A DNA stretch of 64,000 bases from the NCBI GenBank assembly GCA_050613775.1, contig JBODTK010000114.1, positions 124,001-188,000 on the forward strand, read 5' to 3'. This DNA is from Neocallimastix sp. 'constans' (lineage: Eukaryota). Below the pieces are notes generated by a model. It was not told where the DNA came from and did not search any database. It saw nothing but the letters and a program-made list of their open reading frames with translations. Both the position numbers and the translations under genes were made by a program. This document shows positions 27,428-40,132 of the stretch, one piece after another (positions within the stretch are counted from its first letter, which is position 1; each line of letters opens with the position of its first letter).

Positions 27428-28509
27428 TTTATAATGAAAAAGAAAGAATTAAACTTATACTTAGTGCTCACAAAATTGGTCACGAAGGAGTATTTAAAAC
27501 TTATAATCGACTTAAAAGAGATTATTATTGGACCAATATGATATTGGATGTGAAATACATAGTTAGAACTTGCAAAAGATGTCAGCTTTTTAGACCTCAG
27601 TCATTTAATTATCAAACTGAAGATATAGCAACAAAACCAGGTTTACCATTCACAAGAGTTGGTCTAGATATTATAGGCCCATTACCCACAACAAAAAATG
27701 GAAATAAATATATAATTGTTTTAGTAGATTACTTAACAAAATGGGTAGAAGCAGAGCCAACTAAATACATAGAATCTGATGATGTTATAAGATTTTTATC
27801 CAAAGTTTTTTCTCGTCACGGTATTCCTGAAATAATTGTAACAGACAATGGACCCCAGTTTAATTCCGATAAAACAAAAGCATTCCTCGACTTATATGGT
27901 GTTTATGTTCATTTTATAGCAACCTATCATCCAGAATCAAATGGAGAAGTCGAAAACCGCAACAAAGAAATTGGGAAATATTTAAGACTTCTTTGTAATA
28001 AAAATACTTCTCAGTGGGATGAAATATTACCAAGTGCTTTATGGGCGTTGCGTACAAGTAAAAATGAAACAACGAAATTTTCTAGTTTCGAATTATTATA
28101 TGGTAGACGTGATCTCCAGCCATTCGAATTAGTATTGAACTTAGACAAAAAAGAAGATTTCGAAAGTAATGAAGAATTTTTAATAAGAAGATTTACAACC
28201 CATTATAAATGGATAAAGGAAGCAATCAATAATATTCAAACTGCCAATAAAATATGGGAAGACAGAAGAAAACAGATGAAAAGACTTAAAGCTGAATATA
28301 AATCCGGAGATTTAGTAATGATTAAGTGTATAAATAGAAGAAAACTTGAACCTTTCTTTTTAGGCCCTATGAAAATCGTTAAGAAACAATTCAACACAGT
28401 AACACTTTGTGATCCAGTAACAAACGAAATTGCCGATAGAAATGTTCACTTAAAAAATATTGTTCCATATCAATTATGCGAAATCGAGACTTCAGGGGAC
28501 GAAGTCTGA
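27428..28509 (+). pseudogene. pol: Pol of element B, 3' part (integrase)
   Basis: Continues ...KLRKVIY|NEKERIKL; HHCC finger; LDIIGP, TDNG, E motifs. Confidence 0.92.
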
Positions 28510-29677
28510 GCTTAGGGGTGGCATTATGTTACGGAACAAATAAAATAATTAAAATTATATATAATTATTAAAGATTAAAAATTATTAATATTAGTGGAAT
28601 TAAATAATTAATATTAAAATATTAAAATAATTATAAATCTAGTTATAATAAATTAGAAAATGTATTAATTATTATCTTTATTTAATATTGTAATACTTAA
28701 TAATATTTTAATAGTTTATTATATTTTATTATTATATTTTATTATTAAATTTTTATTATTAAATTTTTATTATTAAATTTTTATTATTAAATTTTTATTA
28801 TTAAATTTTTATTATTAAATTTTTATTATTAAATTTTTTTAAATTTTTATTATTAAATTTTTATTATTAAATTTTTATTATTAAATTTTTATTATTAAAT
28901 TTTTATTATTAAATTTTTATTATTAAATTTTTATTATTAAATTTTTATTATTAAATTTTTATTATTAAATTTTTATTATTAAATTTTTATTATTAAATTT
29001 TTATTATTAAATTTTTTTAAATTTTTATTATTAAATTTTTATTATTAAATTTTTATTATTAAATTTTTATTGTTAAATTTTTATTATTAAATTTTTATTC
29101 TAATCCAATCAAATAACTATTCTAAATGTATAAAAAGAACAAAGTAGTACAATACTTTAGTTCTCTCTCTTTTTCTTACAACTTTATTATTATATTATTC
29201 TTTTGATATTTTCGAGTTTAAATGATAAATTTAGATAGTTAAAATAAAATTAGTTTAAATAATTAAATTTAAATAGTTTAAATAATAAATTAGTATAGTT
29301 TAAATAATAAAGTTAGAATAGATTAAATAATAAAAATAAAATAGTTTATTTTAAATAAAGTTAGAATTAAAAATAATTTAAGTTTTGTATTAAGTGTTTA
29401 AAGGTTTTTAGTGTTTGGTTAATAGTTTTAATAATTATAGTTGTTAGTTAAATTATTTATATTAAGTTATATTAATTTTGAATAATTTATTTTAGTTTAA
29501 ATTGTTTAGTATTTAGATTTTTAAATTAGAATAATAGATTAGAATAATAGAATCGAATTTAAAATTTTCTTTAATTATTAGAATATATTATTTTATGATA
29601 AAAATTCTTCAGTTCTGTACCAACTGAAGTGTAAGAAATATAGAAATATTTTCTATATTTCTTAGTCTAAATATAAA

Positions 29678-31263
29678 TGTCAAAGTTTTAAGATAATTTG
29701 GTCTTAACGATTAGGTCAAGATGCCAAATTATAGTAATTAATTACTAATTTAATTTTATTCTTATTTAATACATATTGTTATTAGTAAATTTTATAATTT
29801 AATTTTTATTTAAAATATAAATTTTATTTAATCTTAATAATATTTTATTACATTATTATTTTATATAATTATTACTATAATTTAAATTACAATAATCCTA
29901 CAAAGGATTAATCAAAAGAATTTAAACATGTATTTATATAAAATAATTAATTATTAAAATATTAATTATTAATATGAATATGTAAATAATATTAATATAA
30001 GTTTGATATTGATAATATAAAATTAGATAATAATATAAATATTTAATATAAATAAAATATAAGAATCAAATATTGCTAAATATTATAATTTATAATTAAA
30101 ATATAATATGTAGAAATTAATTTAATATGACAATCACGTGTTTACATTATTTAATATATATTAAATTCAATATGTTAATAATATTTAGTAATTAGTTGGC
30201 CTAGACTAATTCCTAAATATTTTAATAAAGTTAATTTAATAATAATTATTATATTATTATTATTTATTAATATTGAAATTCAAATAACTGAATTATCGAA
30301 ATTGAAATTGAATTGAAATTCAGTTATTATCTTAACAATGCCCTTCCACAAAAATCGGATTCCAGACGATTTGTGTAACATTGTTAAAAAAAATTTTGTT
30401 AAGTTATTAAAAAAAATTTTTAATTTTTTAAAGTTAATTAGGAATTAAAAGGTCACTTGAATCTTTAGGAGAAGACCTTTTAAGTGACAATTTCATGAAA
30501 TTTGAAATTTGTCAAAATTTGTTAAAATTAAAATTTTATTATAAAATTCAATGTTTTTAAATATGATGGTACCAACATTATTATATATTTCCTTGTAAAA
30601 TTTTGAAATTGAAATTTTGAAATTTAATTGAAATTAACATTTCAATTTTTACCATTAACTTTGAAATTATTGAAAATTTTAAAAATATACTAAATAATAA
30701 ATATATAAAAATATAAAATTACTATTAAATAGTTGAATATTTGATTTTTATTAAATTTTGAAATTTCGTAATGTCGAAATTTGAAATTTTAAAATTTTTA
30801 ATTTTTAATTTTCTAAATTCTGAAATTGTAATTGAAAATTTTATCAATTTAATTATTGAATATATTTTATCAATATAATTTATTGAATATATTATAATAT
30901 TCAATTTAAAATATTATTAATCTTGATAATTATGAAAGCGTCCTTATCATAATTATCATTTTATCATCAAAGAATATTATAGAGAAAAGCGTCCTTTTCA
31001 ATATAATATTAAGCAAATTTTAATTAATCTATTAAATTTCAAATATTGAATCAATTTAGAATGCTCCTCCTTCCTTCTTTCATATTATTATTTTTCTATG
31101 ATTAATTCAGAAATTTAAAATTTAATAAGTTTAATGTAATTTTGCTATTTATAAATTTATAACTGATGTTTAAAAGTAAATTATTATTGCAATTCAATCG
31201 AAGAGAATATTTATTTATTTGTTTAAAATATAGAATTGATTGATTTTATGTAATAGAAATTTA

Positions 31264-31294
<31 letters not shown>

Positions 31295-33114
31295 AATATT
31301 TAAAATTTAAATTATAAAATTGTATATATTAGTATATAACATTTTTGGAATTTTAACGATTGTTTTAAGAAATATAATTTTGTTTATTTTTTGAATAATT
31401 TGTAATTATTACTTTTGTAATACAGTATTTAAAATGAATAAATTTTACTTAAACTTTTAATATAGAAATTAAAAATTGACTTTAATAAACGATATAATGT
31501 TTGATTAAATTGTAAAAATATTTTAATAAAAAGCGAGACATGAGGATTATAAGAGTAGTACAGTGCAGTATAAGTAGTTTAATGAATAAATTAATTATTA
31601 TTTATTGAAATTCATATGTTATATAGTTCTTATTCCCATGATAGGGAGGAGAGAAGTCTGATTCATGTGAATTTACCTTTATCTTTGTTTCTTTGAACTT
31701 TTGAATAACTTTTTGTATAACTGGGGTGTTAATTACTGTAACTGATACTCTTTTATGAATTTTTTCATTGTTGTTTGAAGTGTGGGATGTAGGTTTTGGT
31801 TTGGTTCTTCGTTTAGGCTTTCTTCTTAAGGTTAGTTTAGTTTCTACTTTTGCTTCCATGTTAGTTATCCTTTTATTGTTATTATCGTTATTGTTATTAT
31901 CGTTATTGTTATTATCATTATTGTTATTGATTAGATGATTATCACACTGATATGGGTTTTCAATATTTTCTTTTTTGTTATGGCTAACTTCAGCTTTTTT
32001 GTATAAGCTTATATCGTGAATTTTATCATCAGCATTATTCTTCATTTCATTAATACCTTCTTTTTGTTTCGTACATGATTTTGGTTCTATATAATTTAAG
32101 GACCTATTAACTTGGACAAGGAATAAGGAACTTCTTCTACGTAATTGTTCCAATAAATTAATTTGATTTATAATGTCCTGACAAGTTTTACTTTCTAAAG
32201 AATTTTCTTCCTTCAACTGTTTTACTTTTGATTTAAGGACGTGAATAAGTTTTTGAATTCTTATTAATTCGTCCAATCGATCATGAAGTTCTTTCTCAGC
32301 CTTACCAATAAACCTGTTATATTCACTAATGGGAATCATATCTTCTTTATCCTTCATTGGGTTAGATATATCATTTCTTTTAAATGATATATCTGAAGTA
32401 ATTTTTATAACTTTAGGCATCTTAAGGTAATCGATAGATTGTTGGTAGGATTATTGTTAAAGTTTTAAGATAATTTGGTCTTAACGATTAGGTCAAGATG
32501 CCAAATTATAGTAATTAATTACTAATTTAATTTTATTCTTATTTAATACATATTGTTATTAGTAAATTTTATAATTTAATTTTTATTTAAAATATAAATT
32601 TTATTTAATCTTAATAATATTTTATTACATTATTATTTTATATAATTATTACTATAATTTAAATTACAATAATCCTACAAAGGATTAATCAAAAGAATTT
32701 AAACATGTATTTATATAAAATAATTAATTATTAAAATATTAATTATTAATATGAATATGTAAATAATATTAATATAAGTTTGATATTGATAATATAAAAT
32801 TAGATAATAATATAAATATTTAATATAAATAAAATATAAGAATCAAATATTGCTAAATATTATAATTTATAATTAAAATATAATATGTAGAAATTAATTT
32901 AATATGACAATCACGTGTTTACATTATTTAATATATATTAAATTCAATATGTTAATAATATTTAGTAATTAGTTGGCCTAGACTAATTCCTAAATATTTT
33001 AATAAAGTTAATTTAATAATAATTATTATATTATTATTATTTATTAATATTGAAATTCAAATAACTGAATTATCGAAATTGAAATTGAATTGAAATTCAG
33101 TTATTATCTTAACA
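29678..33114 (-). mobile_element. Element G: 3.4-kb non-autonomous LTR element related to H
   Basis: 660-bp LTRs 29678-30337 and 32455-33114; 5-bp TSD ATAAA at 29673-29677 and 33115-33119; PPT GGAAGGG on minus; no pol. Confidence 0.94.
31602..32420 (-). CDS. Orphan 272-aa protein (N-terminal coiled coil, Asn-rich and basic C-terminus) at the gag position of element G
   Basis: Intact ATG ORF starting 35 nt inside the 5' LTR boundary, sense to the element; no capsid, knuckle or pol motif recognised. Confidence 0.7.
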   Translation of the reverse strand: MPKVIKITSDISFKRNDISNPMKDKEDMIPISEYNRFIGKAEKELHDRLDELIRIQKLIHVLKSKVKQLKEENSLESKTCQDIINQINLLEQLRRRSSLFLVQVNRSLNYIEPKSCTKQKEGINEMKNNADDKIHDISLYKKAEVSHNKKENIENPYQCDNHLINNNNDNNNNDNNNNDNNNKRITNMEAKVETKLTLRRKPKRRTKPKPTSHTSNNNEKIHKRVSVTVINTPVIQKVIQKFKETKIKVNSHESDFSPPYHGNKNYITYEFQ

Positions 33115-33986
33115 ATAAATTTTATTAATTACAAATTAATCTAAATATAAATTTTATTAATTAAAAAATTAAAATACGTAAGTATAATAATATTAAATAT
33201 TAAAAAATAATAATAGAATTTTCACAAATACAATTATGTTTAAAATTTAAAATTCTTCTAAATAATTTCCACAATAATATTAAATAATAAATAAATTAAA
33301 ATTAATATTTAATATTCTAAAATTATTTTCACAATAATATTAAATAATAATTAAATTAAATTAAATAATAAATTTCTTTGAAATAATTCGTTCTAATTTA
33401 ATACAATTAAGAAAATCTTCAGGTTTTTCTGCTAGTCTTTTCCTGAAGATACAACAGCTGACTAGCAAACAATAGCTTAATTAAGAAATAATTAATATAT
33501 TATATTAAATAATTATTAATTAAATAAACACATGAAAAATAAATAATAATAATTAATTAATTAAACAGACACATGATAAAAAAAAAAATAATAATAATAA
33601 ATAAATATAAAATAAGATTAATTAATAAATAAAAAAGTATAAAATAACGATTGATTTCTGTTTTTTCAGAGATCAAGAGTTATTATTATTAAAAATATTA
33701 ATAAAGATAAATATTAAAAATAATAATAACCTAAAATTTAAAGTTTAAAATTTTTTTTAATAAAATTTTGTGTTTTAAAAACTTATTTTTATATACGAGT
33801 CTTCTACTTTTTCTAATTTTCGTCTATTTAAATATAAGTATTTTTCTTTATTTTTTTTTAATAATAAACTCAATCAATATAAAAAATAAACTCTTATAAA
33901 AAATTTCTTTTTATTAGAGTTTCTTACAATAATAACTCTTCTTTTATATATAATAATTTTATATATAATAATAATTATAGTTAAAA

Positions 33987-34034
<48 letters not shown>

Positions 34035-34094
34035 ATTATAATTTTTATAAAAATTATATTATACTCTATACATTCACTTTATTTTTATTTCATA

Positions 34095-37000
34095 ATGAAT
34101 ATTAATATTGCAGGTACTTCAGAAAACAATGGAAATAATGACATTTCCATTTCAAAAAATAAGCCGGATGAAACATCAAAGTTAATTTCAACTATTACGG
34201 AATATATTCCAACCTTCTTCTCACCCAATGGCATACTAACACAAGAAAAAGAAAATGAAAATAACTTGAATATGATAGAAATTATTAGCCAATGTGAGCT
34301 CTTTTTCCATGACCACCCGAATTCTTTTACTGCTGAAGAAAGTAAATGTTCTTTTTTAATTCACAAATTACAAGGTCCTTCAAAAAAATGGGGTTTATCT
34401 CTTAAGGAAGAAGGGATTCTTCAAACACTTGGATATGAGAAATTTAAAGAATTACTAATCAACAATTTTGGTGATAGCAAAGAACAGAGGTATTCTCTTA
34501 TTGAAAAACTATTAAATTTAAGACAAAGGACCCTTGGAAAGGCAGCCTTTTATACTATAGAATTTAGAAGGCTTGCCAAAAGAATTGGATGGAATGATGG
34601 AGTCTACATTGACTTAATAAGAAGAGGACTCCTAGAAGAAGTTCAAAAAGAATTTGATAAAGCCGAACGGCCTTCTAACTTATTTGAAGCTACTAATTTG
34701 ATTATCACATTGGATAAGAAATGTTATTTGGAAACCAACCTAAAGTCTAAAGATAAAAGTCCTAAGGATACCTATCACAAAAGGAAATTCTCCGAATCCA
34801 AAAGGAGTGAATATAGAAATAAAAATTATCAGAAATATAAGAAAAGTAAAATTGATAATCTATTATCAGCAAATTTCACTCCTAACAAGAAAAATATGAT
34901 GACCTCCACTTTTTTATTAGTAGTCAACAATGATAAAATTAAAATTAAATTATTAATAGATTCTGGCTCTTCCAGAAGTTTCATTTGTCAAAATTTCGTT
35001 AAAATAAATAAGATTCCGTATTCTGGTCTACCATCTCCTGTTAACATTCAACTACCAAATGGAAAATCTATGAATATTAAGTATGTGACTAAACCTCTTA
35101 AACTCAGCTTTATGGATCACCATGAAACATTTGAATTTAATATTGCCAGTTTACAACTCCAAGGAATTACTGGAATTCTAGGAAGAGATTGGCTTAACAA
35201 ACATAAGCCCTATATAAATTTTGAAAAAAATACTATTTACTTCTTAGAAAAGTACTGTGCAAAACATTGTGATTCAGCAAAAGGGAATAAATTTATCTTC
35301 CATTCTAAAGATTTCACTGCTTCTATGGTCCCTGACGATACAATTGTCTACGATAATCTTCTTAATGAAGAAAATGATGTAGATCTTTGTGCTGCTTTAC
35401 AAGAAATCCCTATTGAACGTACTAAAGAACAAAGCATTGAAACAAAAAAAGAAATTGTTGAAAAATATTACTTCAATTTAAAGAAAACATTTGAGAAAAA
35501 AGAAGCCGACAAATTGCCACCCCACAGAAATTATGACATGTCTATAGATTTAATCCCAGGAAGTCAACTATACTACGGTCCAATATATTCTTTATCCATC
35601 ACAGAAATGAAAGCCTTAAAGGAATATATAAATGAAAATTTAAATAAGGGATTTATTCGGAAGTCGAATTCACCCGCTGGTGCTCCAGTTCTCTTTGTAA
35701 GAAAACATGATGGGACGTTAAGACTTTGTGTTGACTATCGCAAGTTGAATTCAATTACTATTAGAAATAGTTACCCTATACCAAGGATAAATGATCTTAT
35801 TGAATCCTTCCAGGGTGCGGTAATTTTTACACGTCTGGATCTCAGATCAGCATACAATTTAATAAGAATACGAGAAGGACATGAATATTTGACGGCGTTT
35901 AGGACTCCCATAGGACATTACGAATACTTAGTAATGCCGTTCGGGCTAAGAAATGCACCTTCAGTCTTCCAACACTTTGTACAGGATATATTCTCTGATG
36001 TTATTGGAAGATTTGTTCAAATCTACTTGGATGATATTATTATTTATTCTAAAAGTAGTAAAGAACATACAAGTCATGTTTCCCTCATATTGAGTAGGCT
36101 AATAGAAAATGGATTATACGCAAAATTAGAAAAGTGCGACTTCCATGTCCAGGAAACAAATTTCTTAGGATTCAGAATCTCTTCTAAAGGACTTATTATG
36201 AATGAAGATAAGCTGAAATCTATTCTAGAGTGGCCCGTTCCAAAAAATCTCAAGGAACTTCAAAGCTTTCTTGGCTTATGCAATTTCTATAGGAGGTTTA
36301 TAAAAGACTTTGCTCAAATCATGGAGCCACTCAGAAAATTATTAAAAAAGGATAATCAGTACATATGGAATGAGAAAGCCGATGAAGCATTTACTAGGTT
36401 AAAAGAATCCTTCAAAAGTAACAAACTCCTTATTCATCCTGACCCAGATAAAGAATTCATTGTAGAAACAGATGCAAGTGACTTCGCCGTTGGATGTATC
36501 TTGTCTCAAAAAAGTGAAGAAGATAATCAGCTTCACCCAGTAGCATTTTATTCTAGATCCATGACCCTAACTGAATCTAATTATACTTTATATGATAAAG
36601 AGCTTTTAGCTGTCATAACCGCATTAGAAGTGTGGAGACATCACTTGGAAGGTTCAAAGCTACCAGTTCAAATTATAACAGATCATAAAAACTTACTCTA
36701 TTTCAAAAAACCTCATCACTTAAACCAAAGACAAATAAGATGGGGTTTATTTCTCTCAAAATTTGATTACAGAATATCATATAGATCTGGAGAAAAAAAC
36801 AGCAGACCAGATGCACTTTCCAGGAGACCAGACTACAAGGAATTGCAAGATGGTAAAAAATCTATCAAAACAACTCTTTTAAAAGAAGAAGATTTCTGTT
36901 GTACTACTATAGAAAATATTAACAAATTGATAGAAGCTCAGAAAAAAGACAAATATTGTAGAGATATTTTCTCAAAACTAAAAAATAAAGACTCCCAATT

Positions 37001-38156
37001 AAAATCTTCTGTTTTTAGCATAGTTGAAGGAATCCTTCACTTTCAGAAAAGGATCATTGTACCTTTTCCATTAAAACCTAACATCTTAAGGTCGTTCCAC
37101 GACACACCAGTTAATGGTCACCAAGGTGTCAATAAGACTCTTGAAAAATTAAAGCGCTATTATTGGTGGCCAAATATGCGTAATGACGTTCAAAATTATG
37201 TATACTCTTGTGAAGTTTGTGGGAAGAACAAAATACGTCGCCATAAGCCGTACGGGAAAATCCAACCATTACCAGTTCCCAGCAAACCTTGGGAAATCAT
37301 CGGTGTGGATTTCATTGTTTCTCTCCCCAATTCACAAAATTGTACGTGTATCATGGTTGTCTCGGATCACCTTACCAAGATGATTCATCTGATCCCTTGT
37401 TCAGATGTACCTTCAGCTGAATTAACTGCAAGACTTCTTCTTGCTAACGTTTTTCGCTTTCACGGGTTCCCAAAAGTTATTGTTTCGGATCATGGATCCC
37501 AGTTTTCATCCGAATTCTGGACTTCCTTATGCCACTCCTTAGGTGTTAAACCGAGCCTTGCGACAGCCCACCATCAGCAGAGTAATGGACAAATCGAACG
37601 AGCAAACTCAGTGATCGAACAATATCTACGTTGTTATTGCTCCTCTGCCCAAACAGACTGGTGTTTTTATCTTCCCTTGTGTGAAATCGCATACAATAAT
37701 TCCTTACATAAATCAATTGGTAAATCCCCCTTTTACGCCAATTATGGATTCAACCCATGCTGCAACATTGATTCTCCTCCAATCCTCTTAAAAGATAATG
37801 CTTCCGTTCTTACTCGTGACTGGGCTGCCCACTTTGACTCATTAAAGAAACACTTAATTAAGGCTAAGGAAGATTTTAAAAGATTCGGAGACAATAAAAA
37901 ATCTTCTGGACCAATTCTTAAGGTTAACGATAAAGTCTGGCTCAAACGTTATTATTTCACAAATGAGCCTGCTAAAAAGCTGTCAAATCAATATCTTGGC
38001 CCTTTTAGAATTTTAGAAGAACGGGGAAGAATGAATTATCGGTTGGAATTACCAGAAAACATGCATCTCCACCCGATATTTCATATCTCCCAATTGGAAC
38101 CCTATACGGAAAGAAAGAAGGAATTAATAGAAGTTAATAATAACATAAATAATTAA
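34095..38156 (+). CDS. Single-ORF Gag-Pol polyprotein of element E
   Basis: [42 protein letters not shown]; ends without a chromodomain. Confidence 0.95.
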   Translation: MNINIAGTSENNGNNDISISKNKPDETSKLISTITEYIPTFFSPNGILTQEKENENNLNMIEIISQCELFFHDHPNSFTAEESKCSFLIHKLQGPSKKWGLSLKEEGILQTLGYEKFKELLINNFGDSKEQRYSLIEKLLNLRQRTLGKAAFYTIEFRRLAKRIGWNDGVYIDLIRRGLLEEVQKEFDKAERPSNLFEATNLIITLDKKCYLETNLKSKDKSPKDTYHKRKFSESKRSEYRNKNYQKYKKSKIDNLLSANFTPNKKNMMTSTFLLVVNNDKIKIKLLIDSGSSRSFICQNFVKINKIPYSGLPSPVNIQLPNGKSMNIKYVTKPLKLSFMDHHETFEFNIASLQLQGITGILGRDWLNKHKPYINFEKNTIYFLEKYCAKHCDSAKGNKFIFHSKDFTASMVPDDTIVYDNLLNEENDVDLCAALQEIPIERTKEQSIETKKEIVEKYYFNLKKTFEKKEADKLPPHRNYDMSIDLIPGSQLYYGPIYSLSITEMKALKEYINENLNKGFIRKSNSPAGAPVLFVRKHDGTLRLCVDYRKLNSITIRNSYPIPRINDLIESFQGAVIFTRLDLRSAYNLIRIREGHEYLTAFRTPIGHYEYLVMPFGLRNAPSVFQHFVQDIFSDVIGRFVQIYLDDIIIYSKSSKEHTSHVSLILSRLIENGLYAKLEKCDFHVQETNFLGFRISSKGLIMNEDKLKSILEWPVPKNLKELQSFLGLCNFYRRFIKDFAQIMEPLRKLLKKDNQYIWNEKADEAFTRLKESFKSNKLLIHPDPDKEFIVETDASDFAVGCILSQKSEEDNQLHPVAFYSRSMTLTESNYTLYDKELLAVITALEVWRHHLEGSKLPVQIITDHKNLLYFKKPHHLNQRQIRWGLFLSKFDYRISYRSGEKNSRPDALSRRPDYKELQDGKKSIKTTLLKEEDFCCTTIENINKLIEAQKKDKYCRDIFSKLKNKDSQLKSSVFSIVEGILHFQKRIIVPFPLKPNILRSFHDTPVNGHQGVNKTLEKLKRYYWWPNMRNDVQNYVYSCEVCGKNKIRRHKPYGKIQPLPVPSKPWEIIGVDFIVSLPNSQNCTCIMVVSDHLTKMIHLIPCSDVPSAELTARLLLANVFRFHGFPKVIVSDHGSQFSSEFWTSLCHSLGVKPSLATAHHQQSNGQIERANSVIEQYLRCYCSSAQTDWCFYLPLCEIAYNNSLHKSIGKSPFYANYGFNPCCNIDSPPILLKDNASVLTRDWAAHFDSLKKHLIKAKEDFKRFGDNKKSSGPILKVNDKVWLKRYYFTNEPAKKLSNQYLGPFRILEERGRMNYRLELPENMHLHPIFHISQLEPYTERKKELIEVNNNINN

Positions 38157-39411
38157 AGAGATTTTCACAAAAATCTTTTCTAAAGGGAGCAATGTAAGAA
38201 ATATAGAAATATTTTCTATATTTCTTAGTCTAAATATAAATTTTATTAATTACAAATTAATCTAAATATAAATTTTATTAATTAAAAAATTAAAATACGT
38301 AAGTATAATAATATTAAATATTAAAAAATAATAATAGAATTTTCACAAATACAATTATGTTTAAAATTTAAAATTCTTCTAAATAATTTCCACAATAATA
38401 TTAAATAATAAATAAATTAAAATTAATATTTAATATTCTAAAATTATTTTCACAATAATATTAAATAATAATTAAATTAAATTAAATAATAAATTTCTTT
38501 GAAATAATTCGTTCTAATTTAATACAATTAAGAAAATCTTCAGGTTTTTCTGCTAGTCTTTTCCTGAAGATACAACAGCTGACTAGCAAACAATAGCTTA
38601 ATTAAGAAATAATTAATATATTATATTAAATAATTATTAATTAAATAAACACATGAAAAATAAATAATAATAATTAATTAATTAAACAGACACATGATAA
38701 AAAAAAAATAATAATAATAAATAAATATAAAATAAGATTAATTAATAAATAAAAAAGTATAAAATAACGATTGATTTCTGTTTTTTCAGAGATCAAGAGT
38801 TATTATTATTAAAAATATTAATAAAGATAAATATTAAAAATAATAATAACCTAAAATTTAAAGTTTAAAATTTTTTTTAATAAAATTTTGTGTTTTAAAA
38901 ACTTATTTTTATATACGAGTCTTCTACTTTTTCTAATTTTCGTCTATTTAAATATAAGTATTTTTCTTTATTTTTTTTTTAATAATAAACTCAATCAATA
39001 TAAAAAATAAACTCTTATAAAAAATTTCTTTTTATTAGAGTTTCTTACATGAAGATTTCGTTACAGTAATTAAAATAAATTTATATTGATAACGAAAATT
39101 TTAATAACTAATTAAATAGATTTGATTATTTTCAATATAACATAATACAAAAGAAATATAATATTAATATATTAAGTGGGCAAGGACAATATTCTTGGCT
39201 AAAGATTTTTAATACATTATATGGAATCGGATCAATAATTCAAAAAGGAATTATAAGTTAATTGGTGATTTATTAACTTAAGATTTCTATTTAGTAATAT
39301 TTGAAGAATATTGGAAAGTTCCAATTATATAGAATAGAATAATCTATAAGGTTAGAATAATTTATATTATTCTAGCACAATTAGTATTATTTATTCATTC
39401 TGTATTAAAAT

Positions 39412-40128
39412 TGATATGGGCACAGATCACACACAATATTTTAAAAACACAATATTAAATATTATAAATAAATTTTTATTAGTTTAAAAGTATTTTATAA
39501 ATTTTTATTTTATTTTTATTGTCGTCCTTTTTCAAAAGAAAGAAAATTTCTTCCTTTTATAGTTTTTTTTTTTTTTTACATGAATCTTGAATTGAACATT
39601 AACATATACATTTATTTATATTATTCTATTATGAATGTTATTTTAATATTAATATATTTTAAAATTAACCTATTCTAAAGTATCTATTTTAAAATATAGT
39701 TGTATAATTATTAATGATTTATTTATATTTAAAATTTTAACTGTCTATTCTAATAATGTTTTAATTTATCAATTAATATATAATTTAATATTCTTGTAAA
39801 TTATTAATATTATATTCTCATAAAGTTTATTATTGTAAAAAGAATACAGAAAATAATAATCTATTTTAGAGAAAACAATAAAAATAATAGTTGGTATTGT
39901 CAATCGATTTAATTTTATACAGAATTAAATATTTCTGTATTTATTTTATTAAAAACAATTTATAGATAATTATTTTTATTATAAATAATTTTATTGTAAA
40001 TAATTTTTTTTTTATTATTATAACTATTTTAATTTTAAATAATTTCATTATTATAAACATTTTATATTTTTTTCTTTTTATCATTCTTATATATGCTTAT
40101 TTGAGGTAAATAAGCTAGTTCCGGATCA
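39412..40128 (-). mobile_element. Solo LTR J (717 bp), 4-bp-TSD clade
   Basis: TGAT...ATCA ends; TSD AAAT at 39408-39411 and 40129-40132; TATAAAAGG on minus strand. Confidence 0.75.
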
Positions 40129-40132
40129 AAAT

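Larger units (their letters stand above)
29630..39049 (+). mobile_element. Element E: chromovirus-lineage Ty3/gypsy lacking a chromodomain; 5' LTR split by G
   Basis: 5' LTR 29630-29677 + 33120-33928; 3' LTR 38193-39049; 5-bp TSD TGAAG at 29625-29629 and 39050-39054; PPT AAAGGGAG. Confidence 0.95.

Noticed and set aside
31602..32420. env gene
   Set aside because: No signal peptide or transmembrane segment, and it occupies the gag position
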